From IMG/VR virus record IMGVR_UViG_3300042894_007211: a stretch of DNA of 64,000 nucleotides, one strand, 5' to 3'. The stretch's first letter is position 1; each line of letters opens with the position of its first letter. Shown piece after piece: positions 49,801-59,152 of this stretch. This DNA is from an uncultured virus (IMG/VR IMGVR_UViG_3300042894_007211) (taxonomy: Duplodnaviria > Heunggongvirae > Uroviricota > Caudoviricetes). The notes beneath the pieces were generated by a model. It ran no database searches. It was not told the origin of the DNA and saw only the letters and a program-made list of their open reading frames with translations. Both the position numbers and the translations under genes were made by a program.

Positions 49801-51731
49801 CAACTAAAATTACAAATGAACAACTAACAAGACGTGAAGTATATTCACTTGGAAAATACGGTCACGGTGCACCAGATGAACCACAAGAAATAGAGATATT
49901 AAAGAGATATAAATTAACCGACTTAGATACCGAATCATACTATGTAGTCGAAGGTATTTTAAGAAATCCACCACCAGGTGATCCACTTGATAATGTACCA
50001 CAATCAGCATCAAATGTAAGTGATAATAGTTACTACAGACTGCCAGACGCTTTGGGTGCTATCAAAGTTTTTATTAGTGTTTTGGTAGATATCTTTTCTA
50101 AACTTGTACCACAAATAAATCAATTAATTTCACTATTTAAAAATCCTACACAGTTTATAGTAGATATAATCGGTGAAAAAGCAGGCGAAAACATTTTATT
50201 TTTGAATAAAGAATCTTTGCAAACTTACTCAGATGGATTTAAGAAGCTAATAGATTTGAAAAAAATTCCAAATAAACCTCTACCACCAGAACAAATTATG
50301 TTATCAAGTAGTGCTAAATATACCACAGGCGTTCAATTAAACGGTGATAGAATTGAAGCTATCAAAGAGTTAAAAAAATTGTTTAAAAACTCCAATCTAT
50401 CCAACTATGTATTTGTTGATGATGAAGGTAAATTAACTTCAATATTAGATGGAATAGCAATGATACCTTTTGGTATTTTTGGTATAAATTTACCGTTTGG
50501 TATAAAACTTGACACCAATGCAATTACTGAAGGTAAATCACCACTGTCATTGATTTTTCCGAAAGATTTCAAATTAAAAGATGTCAAAGACCTGACTGAT
50601 GCTCTTAATTTGAAAAGGTTTGATGATAGGCAACCAAATATAAAAGATTTTCAACAACCTGATCCTAATCTATCTGATGAATTCATTGTAAAGTTTCAAG
50701 ATGGTTCTCAAAGAATTCTACCGGAAAATTCATTAGATGAATTTGTTATTGATAATAAAACTAAATATAACTTTATTTATGTAGAAGAAGATGTTCAACA
50801 AACTGCAGAACAAATAGATAAGTTAATAGAAAGTGGCTCACAAGATGACCTTCAACTTGCTTTTGATAAACTTGATAAAGCCTTAAAGTCCAAACCAAAC
50901 GATGGATTACTTCAAGATAAATTTGATAGAATAAAACAACTGTTAGAAAAGTTAGAAATTGGTCAACAACCAATTCTAAAGTTATTGTTAGGACTTATCA
51001 CATTACCTGTTAAAATTATAGGAGGTATCATTGAGTGGTTATTAAATTTCTTTTTAAGTTTAGCAAATCCGGCTACATTGCCACAAAAAATGATAGAACT
51101 TTTATCATTTCAATGGGTTATGCAATTTTTTACACCAAAAGGTCTGTTAGAAATTGCCGGTATCAGATTTAAACCAGAGAAAAAAATTGAGTGGGCCGCG
51201 CAAGTTATGATACCGGGACCAGGCAAAGGTGTGCTTCCAAGAAGTTTAAAGTTACCAGAAGATATAGTTAATTTAGGCTACAATAAAAACAAACTCAAAA
51301 GTGATAATTATCTTTCTGGTGATGACATGAAGATAATTGACTTAAGTCTATTTCTAAATGTAATTTTTAATGTTAAATATCCAACTTACTCACCTTTACA
51401 ATTGAGACAGAACTTGAAACTCCCTGGTCCATTACTGAGTGGTTTTCTTTGTCTTATCGAAAAGATTATCAATGCAATTATTGACTTTGTATGGTCGACT
51501 TTAGGTATAGAGGCAATTATTCCAGCACCACATATTAAATTATGTGATAAAGATAAAAATCAACCAGAAAATGCTTCAAAATTAGTGAATGGTCAGAATA
51601 ACGCTGACTTAGAAGAGTTTTACTATGAGGTCAAACTTGAAGATGGTCAGGTTATAAACTTCTTAGATAGAGAAGAGTTAGATAAATTTATTAGTGATAA
51701 CATAGATTTAAACTATGATTTCAACTTTTAG
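46842..51731 (+). CDS. Very large hypothetical protein, probably virion structural
   Basis: 1629-aa ORF; hydrophobic helical C-terminal region; GAATATATA variant upstream. Confidence 0.65.
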   Translation: MALPPIFPLYPDSLSGPYNVSLALPGPISQISKSIGLTSSAIMLFPNAEFIQKLIDGDLGIADAILKGMMSENFASPNLATDEMAFRKFAELNKIDLGNEDINKYKKDGKFVMPKDKITISPEWDKIGLKAIEKTTLQSIFETQKPYLEIAKLVIENIAKIEDIIARVMPLISLSPLTCKSKKPNLNGGKGNFPKAIGYNNGQALVDELSKLETILTANIEVKKKLDFETVNSFFSQDSTGKKASQAQKDLLSKWSVLIAALEAGDISMKSFSDIISANGGVESKYKPIIQQILSDTSKKFSVIRIYNLTQQISPVIVTFDDARDLIKPAIGKWTFKNNLDIPNRDFIRIYQDLSLQFYKEKVPFSMIPDEPTGNTGDSAPPAEDGKWQIISTIYSTGTFNPNIEYQYFYKDLPQDEPVIKPRKSELNLNEEKDPYHKYKPKKLILGIYNSKGEPLNPTQFVNTIGLSGNNVIDVPTPFKKADWILRSPKWYLPTGQYQWPDYGSPVFVWEKGSQTRESKTNPNADADPAWKIKKYKEGDKDIISKGDALPGNPVIVRFEMSEVVEYTDIFTDFVKFGFHKTDIKKSEKEALTKEIVGKLDIPAHLQNVFNYGQLRSSFYKRIGGQDPVPQLLKKSYKPYKIFSTKASVDQQIREFSVAKGEQPGFIWIEPEADYDMKLIRIDPTTNINYIEAQGESEVSTQIKNFVKNRFKFSFSNNIPFTISVTKNSETPEILTNITEYVVENWNYQNANAINDNQFEYTIWSSTPPSEYVNETGKVQKSTSEGTIFYELVKDGSNYYYRKFRFKVDLEDVAIQAFIAWLNPSLLYTIWAIYINDPDATYTFTVGVGDASITRTIELKKIFPYKVYENFPAGDIDLFYDFSSAIGDEALVRPVRIDSTGKITRWYYLKNRTFTGPDSKKSSTVTLDKGETNYLPTFGVERNFTINYSTKTKILNQDCDISFIDSDFTLYRIKVDSNNPFGSIIDPTKITNEQLTRREVYSLGKYGHGAPDEPQEIEILKRYKLTDLDTESYYVVEGILRNPPPGDPLDNVPQSASNVSDNSYYRLPDALGAIKVFISVLVDIFSKLVPQINQLISLFKNPTQFIVDIIGEKAGENILFLNKESLQTYSDGFKKLIDLKKIPNKPLPPEQIMLSSSAKYTTGVQLNGDRIEAIKELKKLFKNSNLSNYVFVDDEGKLTSILDGIAMIPFGIFGINLPFGIKLDTNAITEGKSPLSLIFPKDFKLKDVKDLTDALNLKRFDDRQPNIKDFQQPDPNLSDEFIVKFQDGSQRILPENSLDEFVIDNKTKYNFIYVEEDVQQTAEQIDKLIESGSQDDLQLAFDKLDKALKSKPNDGLLQDKFDRIKQLLEKLEIGQQPILKLLLGLITLPVKIIGGIIEWLLNFFLSLANPATLPQKMIELLSFQWVMQFFTPKGLLEIAGIRFKPEKKIEWAAQVMIPGPGKGVLPRSLKLPEDIVNLGYNKNKLKSDNYLSGDDMKIIDLSLFLNVIFNVKYPTYSPLQLRQNLKLPGPLLSGFLCLIEKIINAIIDFVWSTLGIEAIIPAPHIKLCDKDKNQPENASKLVNGQNNADLEEFYYEVKLEDGQVINFLDREELDKFISDNIDLNYDFNF

Positions 51732-51771
51732 AAAAATGATTTATATAACTTAAAAACTAAATTTAAACATT

Positions 51772-52014
51772 ATGGCTACAAATTCAAGACACAGAAAGAA
51801 TCATAAACAAAAAGTTGAGGCTAGAAAAAGAAGATTAGCTGACGAAAAAAAGAAAACTGAAAAGTTCCAGAGAGATTTTATTATGAATATGATTAAACAG
51901 GAGCAAGAAAAAGGTCTTTTCAATAATACTCAAAATGTTGACCAAATTTCAACTGATGGTCCGATTTTAGATGGTCCTGTTGATGGTCCAGTTATTGATG
52001 GTCCGTCTATTTAA
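51772..52014 (+). CDS. Small protein, basic N-terminus, DGP-repeat C-terminus
   Basis: SRHRKNHKQK...DGPILDGPVDGPVIDGPSI. Confidence 0.7.
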   Translation: MATNSRHRKNHKQKVEARKRRLADEKKKTEKFQRDFIMNMIKQEQEKGLFNNTQNVDQISTDGPILDGPVDGPVIDGPSI

Positions 52015-52202
52015 TAAAGGATTGTTGTATTAACTTTATTTTCAATTCTTTGAGACAAAGTTCTTTTGATTAGAGACGTTAAGTATTTTCTTGCCAATTC
52101 ACTTTTTTCGCAATTATTCTCAAGTTTACACTTTAGAAAATAGCAATTGGCGGCCAATATCGTGTCAACCTCTGACTTACCTTTAGATTGAAAACTCTCC
52201 AT
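52011..52202 (-). CDS. Possible small hypothetical protein
   Basis: 63-aa ORF filling the gap; TATATA upstream. Confidence 0.4.
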   Translation of the reverse strand: MESFQSKGKSEVDTILAANCYFLKCKLENNCEKSELARKYLTSLIKRTLSQRIENKVNTTILY

Positions 52203-52239
52203 ATGTCATATATATAAAAATAAAAAACCATTTTTTTTG

Positions 52240-53307
52240 ATGAAAAATAAAACCTCACTTAACTTAAATATAAATAAAGACGATTCAAGTATTAACGACT
52301 ATTTGTTTTGCTGGAACGTCTTTGATAGTAGACCAAATAAGGTACTAGTACACGATAGTTATTTAGCTAACGATTTTCTAAAAATCATAAGTGAAATGAC
52401 AATAGAAAAAAATGATTTCACAGAAATTCTACCGGATGATGAGTGTGATATCATTAACTCAAAAACTCTGGCAAAGTTATCAGAAGGTGTTTATATCTCA
52501 TATGTCTTAATTGATGAAAAACAACCAGATGCTATAGTTTCTGAAATTACATTCTTCTATCAATCAGAAAATGATAAAGAGTTAATTGATGAAATAATTG
52601 AAAACTTAGTTCAACATTGTGAAGTTGACTATCAAGAATCTGAAATCAACAAATTAAACGCTATTGGATTTTCAGGAAATTCACTTGAATTAGAAAGAGT
52701 AGATACAAAAATTGATTTAGATGCTATAGAATTGTACTATAACAATAAAACAATGAAAGACATCAATAAGTTAGTTAAGAAAATCAAAAAATCACAAACT
52801 GGTTTAAGTATTCTTTACGGTGATAGAGGCACAGGCAAAACTTCAGTAATTCATTACTTAGCAACTAAACTTGATAGAATTGTTATTTTTGTTGCTAACA
52901 ATATGTTAGAACACACTATAAACAATCCAGACTTTAGAAAATTCATTAAAAAATACAACAAAGTCTTACTTGTTTTAGATGACTGTGAGATGTCTTTCAA
53001 CGAATACTTTGTTAAATCAAACTTTATTGTTAATAACCTACTTCAACTGGTTGATGGATTCTTATCAGACACTGTTGATTTAAGCATAGTCGCTATATTC
53101 AACGTTGAATGTTCAGAAGAAATCGATCACAATTTGATGAATTGTAATAACTTAATTGACATCATTTATTTTGATGAGTTAGAAATTAGTGAAGCTAACG
53201 AACTTTCAGAACATTTAGGAGACAAATCAAAACAAAAAAACAAATCAAAACTCATAGATATAATAAAGAAGAGAAAATCGTTGAATAATAAAAAAATAGG
53301 ATTTTAA
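52240..53307 (+). CDS. AAA+ ATPase
   Basis: ILYGDRGTGKTS, LLVLDDCE, NLLQLVDGFL. Confidence 0.85.
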   Translation: MKNKTSLNLNINKDDSSINDYLFCWNVFDSRPNKVLVHDSYLANDFLKIISEMTIEKNDFTEILPDDECDIINSKTLAKLSEGVYISYVLIDEKQPDAIVSEITFFYQSENDKELIDEIIENLVQHCEVDYQESEINKLNAIGFSGNSLELERVDTKIDLDAIELYYNNKTMKDINKLVKKIKKSQTGLSILYGDRGTGKTSVIHYLATKLDRIVIFVANNMLEHTINNPDFRKFIKKYNKVLLVLDDCEMSFNEYFVKSNFIVNNLLQLVDGFLSDTVDLSIVAIFNVECSEEIDHNLMNCNNLIDIIYFDELEISEANELSEHLGDKSKQKNKSKLIDIIKKRKSLNNKKIGF

Positions 53308-53318
53308 TATATAGTAAC

Positions 53319-53648
53319 ATGATACTTGAACTAACAGACGAGGAAATATTGGATTTTTTGATGACTTCGGAATTTGAAGAAAATTATAAACCAGAAGAGC
53401 TAAAATATCTACTTCACAAGTTTAGATATTTTTATAGAGTGTTGAATGGTAAATATGATTTAATCAAAACTGATAGTGAATTCAAAGTTGATAAACTTCT
53501 ACTTGAAGTTGAACAAAAAAAATTACAAATCAACCAAATTTTAGTTGATAAAACTAAACTTGAAGAATCTATTTTGAGTATGAAAAACAGAAAACTTACT
53601 GTAAAAGAAAGAATTTCTGGAAAAATAATTAACAACGATGAAAATTGA
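53319..53648 (+). CDS. Coiled-coil hypothetical protein
   Basis: Ends RKLTVKERISGKII; TTAATATATA at 53304. Confidence 0.7.
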   Translation: MILELTDEEILDFLMTSEFEENYKPEELKYLLHKFRYFYRVLNGKYDLIKTDSEFKVDKLLLEVEQKKLQINQILVDKTKLEESILSMKNRKLTVKERISGKIINNDEN

Positions 53649-54759
53649 AGAGTACAAACAATTAGAAAAGAAAATTAATAACCAAAACTTTAATGAAGGT
53701 TATAAAACCATCAATATGGTTTTACTAGCACTGTCTTGGTTTGGACACATTGCATCTGTTTTCTTAGCTTATTTTATGCTTTCTAAGATCCTATCTGGTG
53801 CAATGACTGATAATCAAGTTGCTGTGTTTGCGGCATCAGTAATCATACTTTCTGGTATCGAACTTTTGAAAAGAGATATTTTTGATAAGTTCTCAATCCA
53901 ATATTTAAAAATAAAATCTTTACAGAAAGTGTTACCACTTTTCTTATTAAGTGTGATTATAATTGGTATTTCTTTTTACTCATCAATTTCTGGAGCTAAA
54001 GAATTTGCTTCAAAAGAAAAACAATTTGAAAATGATAAAGAACTTATTCTAACTGAATATTCAGATTCACTTAATAGAATTAGCGATAGTATTGTAAAAT
54101 CAAAAGATCTTGAAATTACTACTTTAAAAGCTAAATTAGATATCAAAGATAAAGAACAAACAGATATCGAGGCTCAACAACCACTTACTCGTCAACAAAG
54201 ACAACGTGTGGCGGATTTGAAAAACGAAAGAGCTACTCTAAGAGGTGATATTGATAAAGTTGAGACTGATAAAGAAAAAGTTACAACTGAAACTGCCACT
54301 AAAATTAAGCAAAAAGAGGCAGAACTTGGTTCAAAAACCGATGAAAAGAAGAAAGACAACTCTAAAAATACTGTAATGTTTGTTATTGTTTCAACACTCA
54401 TTGAGATAACAATATTAGCGGGTGTTTACTTTAATGAATATTATAAATTTAGAAGCTATAGAGAATTTAGAGATAAATTAGAAAAAGATCCAAACTATCA
54501 GAAGTTTATGCTTTATGAACAAATACTTCAAGTGATATACCCTGAAGATACTAAAATGAATCAAAAATTACCGTCAAATAAAGCCATTATTGATATGTGT
54601 AAGGTAAATGATATGATTGTACTTAATAAAGATATTACTGATTTCTTAAAAGTTATATCAGGACTCGGTATTATTAAAGTTAGCGGTGCTGCTAAGTATA
54701 TCAACAAACAACGAGACCTTTCTTTTGAAATACTCAGAAAACACTTTAATGTTGAGTAA
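53638..54759 (+). CDS. Multi-pass membrane protein with long coiled coil
   Basis: Three N-terminal TM segments, ~130-aa coiled coil, fourth TM. Confidence 0.75.
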   Translation: MKIEEYKQLEKKINNQNFNEGYKTINMVLLALSWFGHIASVFLAYFMLSKILSGAMTDNQVAVFAASVIILSGIELLKRDIFDKFSIQYLKIKSLQKVLPLFLLSVIIIGISFYSSISGAKEFASKEKQFENDKELILTEYSDSLNRISDSIVKSKDLEITTLKAKLDIKDKEQTDIEAQQPLTRQQRQRVADLKNERATLRGDIDKVETDKEKVTTETATKIKQKEAELGSKTDEKKKDNSKNTVMFVIVSTLIEITILAGVYFNEYYKFRSYREFRDKLEKDPNYQKFMLYEQILQVIYPEDTKMNQKLPSNKAIIDMCKVNDMIVLNKDITDFLKVISGLGIIKVSGAAKYINKQRDLSFEILRKHFNVE

Positions 54760-55007
54760 TGAAAACTGGAGATATTGTAGTTTTTATTGGCAAAGATTTA
54801 CAAGATAAACACTTGAGTAATTTCACTTTTGGATATAGATACAAAATTAAATCAGTAACGCCACTACCAGACGGTGATTACTATGTTGATAATTTAGCTG
54901 TTTTATTTGAAGACTTTCCATACGGAGTAATAAAATCTAATTTTGAGAAATACTTCGTTAATGTAAACGATTTCAGAAATCACCAGATTGTAAATATAAT
55001 ACAATGA
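54759..55007 (+). CDS. Small SH3-like protein with C-terminal RxxQIxxII helix
   Basis: MKTGDIVVFIG...FTFGYRYKI; ends DFRNHQIVNIIQ. Confidence 0.7.
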   Translation: MKTGDIVVFIGKDLQDKHLSNFTFGYRYKIKSVTPLPDGDYYVDNLAVLFEDFPYGVIKSNFEKYFVNVNDFRNHQIVNIIQ

Positions 55008-55843
55008 TTGAAACGCCTTTTAATTTCACGGGTTCTAAATTCAAATTACTTGAACAATTACTACCCGAATTTGATTACACTAAAGATACATTTGTAGATG
55101 TTTTCTGTGGCGGTGGTTCAGTCTATACCAATATTTTAGATAAGTACCACCAAATCGAGGTAAATGACGTAATAACAGATTTAGTAGGTATACATCAATG
55201 TCTTTCAATAAGTGATGAAATTATCTCAATGACAAAAATTATTTGTCCAGGAAAAGAAAATCCAGAAGGTTTTGCTAAATTAAGAGAAGATTATAACTCA
55301 AATCCAACACCGGAAGGTTTATGGGCTCTACTATTATCATCTACTAATAATATGATGAGGTTTAATCAAAAATTTAAATACAATCAGACTTACGGCGAAA
55401 GAGGTTGGAATAAAAACACCGATATCAAAGTAGAAAACTTCACCAAACACATTAGACAATTTAATAGTAAAATAAAATTCACATCACAAAGTTTCAACAG
55501 TTTAGAAATAAAACCAAATGCGATGTACTATTGCGATCCGCCATATGGTAGAATAAAAAATGCTGATGGTACTATGGCAAAAAAACAAATATCAGAGGCA
55601 GGATACAATGCATTTTGGAAAGAAGATGATGATAAAGAACTCTATGATTTTTTACAAAAAGTAAATGCGATTGGTTCATCTTTTGTTGTTTCTGGTGTTC
55701 TGTATCACAACGGTCAAACCTGCTGGATGCTAGATAAATTAATATCAGACGGTTTCAGTAATAAGCAGTTAAACTTTGATTATAATAAGGTTTCAAGAGC
55801 CGGTAAAAAAGATACAATCGAAATAATTGTTAAAAATTTTTGA
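55004..55843 (+). CDS. dam: DNA adenine methyltransferase (T4 Dam-like)
   Basis: PFNFTGSKFKLL, FVDVFCGGGSV, NNMMRFN, YCDPPY. Confidence 0.9.
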   Translation: MIETPFNFTGSKFKLLEQLLPEFDYTKDTFVDVFCGGGSVYTNILDKYHQIEVNDVITDLVGIHQCLSISDEIISMTKIICPGKENPEGFAKLREDYNSNPTPEGLWALLLSSTNNMMRFNQKFKYNQTYGERGWNKNTDIKVENFTKHIRQFNSKIKFTSQSFNSLEIKPNAMYYCDPPYGRIKNADGTMAKKQISEAGYNAFWKEDDDKELYDFLQKVNAIGSSFVVSGVLYHNGQTCWMLDKLISDGFSNKQLNFDYNKVSRAGKKDTIEIIVKNF

Positions 55844-55889
55844 CAAAGAAGATGTTATACTAATATATAACAAAAAAAATATTTAATTT

Positions 55890-56105
55890 ATGGATTATCT
55901 AGACAAGTACGATGCTTTAGTTAAATTAATAACTGAAGAAATCGAAATCGAAGGTAAAAAAGTTAATCTGAAAGATGACTTTGAAAAGTTTTTCATTCGT
56001 GGAAACAAAACTGCTGGAACCCGTATCAGAAAAATGATGCAAGAACTCAAAAAAATCTCACAAGAAATCAGAACAGATGTTCAAGATTACAAAGGAAAAA
56101 TTTAA
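55890..56105 (+). CDS. Histone H1-like Hc1 family protein
   Basis: KF...GNKTAGTRIRK.MQELK. Confidence 0.75.
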   Translation: MDYLDKYDALVKLITEEIEIEGKKVNLKDDFEKFFIRGNKTAGTRIRKMMQELKKISQEIRTDVQDYKGKI

Positions 56106-56118
56106 CAACTTTTCATAG

Positions 56119-56146
56119 AAACCGAACTTATCAGTTCGGTTTTTTT
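56119..56146. terminator. Intrinsic terminator between convergent genes
   Basis: aaaccgaact-tatc-agttcggttt followed by a T run. Confidence 0.8.
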
Positions 56147-56594
56147 ATTTAATACCAATCTCTTCAACGAAAACTTTAATCCTACCTGAACGAGGATTAC
56201 CAATTGAATCAAAAGCACATTTACTTAAATCGATAATATTTTTAGATTTATTACCCATCCGGTCGGTTATTTTGACAACTATACTAGCGGAATCATAAAT
56301 ATTTGTCACTCTTAAATAAGAACCCATTTTAGAAAAGTTGTAGGCGGCTGTTAACGAGTCTTTATGAAATCTACTACCAGATGCTGTTCTTGCACCATGT
56401 GGATTGTACCAAGTTGCAGAGTGAATTCCTCCTTTTTTTGTATAGACTTTGATAGTATCTTGTTCAACGGTGATTGTATCTATCTCACCAATAAAGTCAT
56501 CACTAACATCATCTTTAATAATTGTGGGTAACTTAGTGTTTGTTGAAAAACCGTGGATAAATATTGTACACAGTGCTAATAAATATTTTTTCAT
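56145..56594 (-). CDS. rlpA: RlpA-like (DPBB) lytic transglycosylase
   Basis: ATWY...TASG.RF...LTAA...LRVTN...VVKITDR...IIDLSK.AF; short hydrophobic N-terminus. Confidence 0.85.
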   Translation of the reverse strand: MKKYLLALCTIFIHGFSTNTKLPTIIKDDVSDDFIGEIDTITVEQDTIKVYTKKGGIHSATWYNPHGARTASGSRFHKDSLTAAYNFSKMGSYLRVTNIYDSASIVVKITDRMGNKSKNIIDLSKCAFDSIGNPRSGRIKVFVEEIGIK

Positions 56595-56668
56595 AACTGT
56601 ATATATGAAAAAAATAAAAGTAGGTTTGAATTTTAATATATAATAAGTTAAAACTAAAAAGATTGTAT

Positions 56669-57217
56669 ATGAAAAAATTCAGTAAAATAACCAATCAACA
56701 GGTATCAGAAGAACCAAAAGTTGAAGTAAAGCAACTAAATGAAGAAGATCTATTCAAAGCCAAACTTATGAACTTAATGGATCATATACTTTCTGTTAGA
56801 ACATATGGACCAGTTGACAGACACCAGAGAGCGGGTCTTATCAAAATTGCTGGTAAAGAAATGTTAGTTGAAGCTATTTTAGATTTATTAACAGAAAAAT
56901 CAGCTAAAGACCAAACAAAAGTTTTAGAAGGACTAAAATCAGAAATCAGAGATTGGCAAGTTATAGATGCAAAAATTGATAATATCAATAAAGAAAGAGT
57001 ATCACTTGCTAACAGAAATAAATTTAAAAATCTTCTCGAAAACTATACTGAAGAAGATTTACTAATTAAAGTTGTAGAAAAAGATGTTGATAAAATCACA
57101 AAAGAAAAAACTTTAAACGATTATATCACTCTAACTTCAGAATCTAAATTAAATAACTCAACAAAGTCAGAATTAATCGAAATTTATTCTAATAGGTTAA
57201 ACCAATTGGCTAACTAA
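56669..57217 (+). CDS. Hypothetical protein (late-type)
   Basis: MKKFSKI...LNEE; TTAATATATA at 56633. Confidence 0.72.
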   Translation: MKKFSKITNQQVSEEPKVEVKQLNEEDLFKAKLMNLMDHILSVRTYGPVDRHQRAGLIKIAGKEMLVEAILDLLTEKSAKDQTKVLEGLKSEIRDWQVIDAKIDNINKERVSLANRNKFKNLLENYTEEDLLIKVVEKDVDKITKEKTLNDYITLTSESKLNNSTKSELIEIYSNRLNQLAN

Positions 57218-57230
57218 GAATAAAATATTT

Positions 57231-57692
57231 ATGATTAATGAAGAAAATTTTAGTCACCTTTTTAGTGATTTTGTAATTGCGGATTCAAATCCGTTCAAAT
57301 TATCTACGCAAGAGACATATAAAGAAGGCGGTGAATTGAAATTAAAAACCAACGACATCAATATTGATTTAGCAGAGGTTAACTCACCTATTGATTTAAT
57401 ATTAACTAATAACAATTTTGAAATTGTAGAATACTACCCAAATACATTTCTTAAAAAACTATTTCGTTTGAAAAACTCAGATGGATTAAAGTTTGACGGA
57501 ACTGACAATCATTTTGTTTTTATGTCTGAGAAAACTTCTAAAATATTCAAAACAAATTGTAAAGTTTATCCTCTACAAGAAGACAATAAAGTCATAATCG
57601 GGAGGAGGTCTATGATAATAATTCATCAAAAAGATGAAAAATATTTTATGTGGTCAGACCCGTCAAACTACAAAACAATTCTAATTAGATAA
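57231..57692 (+). CDS. Hypothetical protein
   Basis: 153-aa ORF. Confidence 0.65.
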   Translation: MINEENFSHLFSDFVIADSNPFKLSTQETYKEGGELKLKTNDINIDLAEVNSPIDLILTNNNFEIVEYYPNTFLKKLFRLKNSDGLKFDGTDNHFVFMSEKTSKIFKTNCKVYPLQEDNKVIIGRRSMIIIHQKDEKYFMWSDPSNYKTILIR

Positions 57693-58653
57693 TACCAAGT
57701 TGGGATAGTAATAAATCTCTTTGTAAAGAAACATCTTCAAACTTTGAGTAATCATAATAGTTAGAGACACCTCTATCATTTAATACACAAACTCTAACAA
57801 AGCCATGTTGAATGTTAGAAGTAATAACGTGATAACTTTTACCTTCAGTAAGTTCAAGTTGTGTACCATATTTTACTTCTTGTGTGCAATTTAATACTGT
57901 ACCAGTTGGAACTTCCATAAACTTTTTGATTTTCTTTGAAATGATTTCAATTATAAAATCAGAATTTAATTTTCTAAAATCTATTTCTGAATCTTGTATA
58001 AAATCAGCCAAAGACTTCATCATAGCAGTTGAAATTTCAACTTCTCTGTGAGGTATTCTTTTCAGAGCCGATTCTAAAATAGTTTCTCCAGTTCCGTTAT
58101 TGTAAACTGATTTTAAAAACCATTTTATTTTATTCCAATAAAGGCTTTGTTCATGAAAAGACTTGTGATCATCAGCATAAGCAACTGAAAAAGTATCTAT
58201 TTCATTACAAATGATATAATTCATAATTGGAACAAAACAAACCGATAAACCATCAGCTCGCTCACTGTGTCTACGACCAATACCTCTTCTGTTTGGTTTT
58301 CTTAACCAACGACCATTAAGTAAACGATCATAAGTTTGGCCGTTCTCAGTCAGTAGTTTAACAAAATCTTTTTGAGTTCTGTTTTTGACATATGTTTTAA
58401 ATCTTTCAACTTTTGTGTGTTGAACGATAATCTCTTTTAATTTTTTCCAACTAATAGGTTTATCTAATTCAAAATTGAGTTCTTCTGTCAATTTTCTGAA
58501 ATTATAAAATTCAGCAAAATCACCTAACTTCAGTGAATTCATCGCACCAGTACTCACTTCTCCCTTTTCGAATTGTGAAATAATAGGGAATTGTTCTTTA
58601 GCTTGCTCGTAAAATCTTATATTTTGACGAATAGCCTCATAAGTAAATTTCAT
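57685..58653 (-). CDS. Hypothetical protein with C-terminal SH3-like domain and RxxxLxxL helix
   Basis: VLNC...LTEGKSYHV...NDRG, then QRDLLLSQLGII. Confidence 0.72.
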   Translation of the reverse strand: MKFTYEAIRQNIRFYEQAKEQFPIISQFEKGEVSTGAMNSLKLGDFAEFYNFRKLTEELNFELDKPISWKKLKEIIVQHTKVERFKTYVKNRTQKDFVKLLTENGQTYDRLLNGRWLRKPNRRGIGRRHSERADGLSVCFVPIMNYIICNEIDTFSVAYADDHKSFHEQSLYWNKIKWFLKSVYNNGTGETILESALKRIPHREVEISTAMMKSLADFIQDSEIDFRKLNSDFIIEIISKKIKKFMEVPTGTVLNCTQEVKYGTQLELTEGKSYHVITSNIQHGFVRVCVLNDRGVSNYYDYSKFEDVSLQRDLLLSQLGII

Positions 58654-58926
58654 TTAGATTTGATTTGAAAGTTCGTAAAAAATTGGACTTCTTTTAACCA
58701 TTTCTCTAATGGTTTCTTCATCGAGTTTGACTAGCATAAATTTCAAAGATTCACCTGTAAAGTCTTTGCTTACAATTTCACCCTTTGAAAGATTAATAAT
58801 ATCGTGCTTATAAAAATGCACGTCAGTGCTACCAGTTGGCGCATTGTGTCTTAAAAAGCCAACTTTAAGTATTTGTGAGAATTTATCCTCAGTCAATAAT
58901 GTTCTAATTTCTTTAATTTCACTCAT
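58654..58926 (-). CDS. Hypothetical protein
   Basis: 90-aa ORF in minus operon. Confidence 0.65.
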   Translation of the reverse strand: MSEIKEIRTLLTEDKFSQILKVGFLRHNAPTGSTDVHFYKHDIINLSKGEIVSKDFTGESLKFMLVKLDEETIREMVKRSPIFYELSNQI

Positions 58927-58929
58927 AAT

Positions 58930-59142
58930 CTATTTATTATATTTCTTTTGTCTCTCTAACGAACCAGCACAAATATTTTTTTCATCAACTGGTGTTTCAT
59001 AACCCCAAACATCATTTGATACCATATGACATTTGTGGTCTTCAATTTTACCTATAGATACCATCTTATCAACATAGGTTCTGAATTTAATACTATGTTC
59101 ATTCTGATTTTTCCACGGACATTCTTTGCAACAGTTTCTCAT
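58930..59142 (-). CDS. Small Cys-rich protein
   Basis: CKECPW...CHM...CAG. Confidence 0.7.
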   Translation of the reverse strand: MRNCCKECPWKNQNEHSIKFRTYVDKMVSIGKIEDHKCHMVSNDVWGYETPVDEKNICAGSLERQKKYNK

Positions 59143-59152
59143 TTTTATCTTA

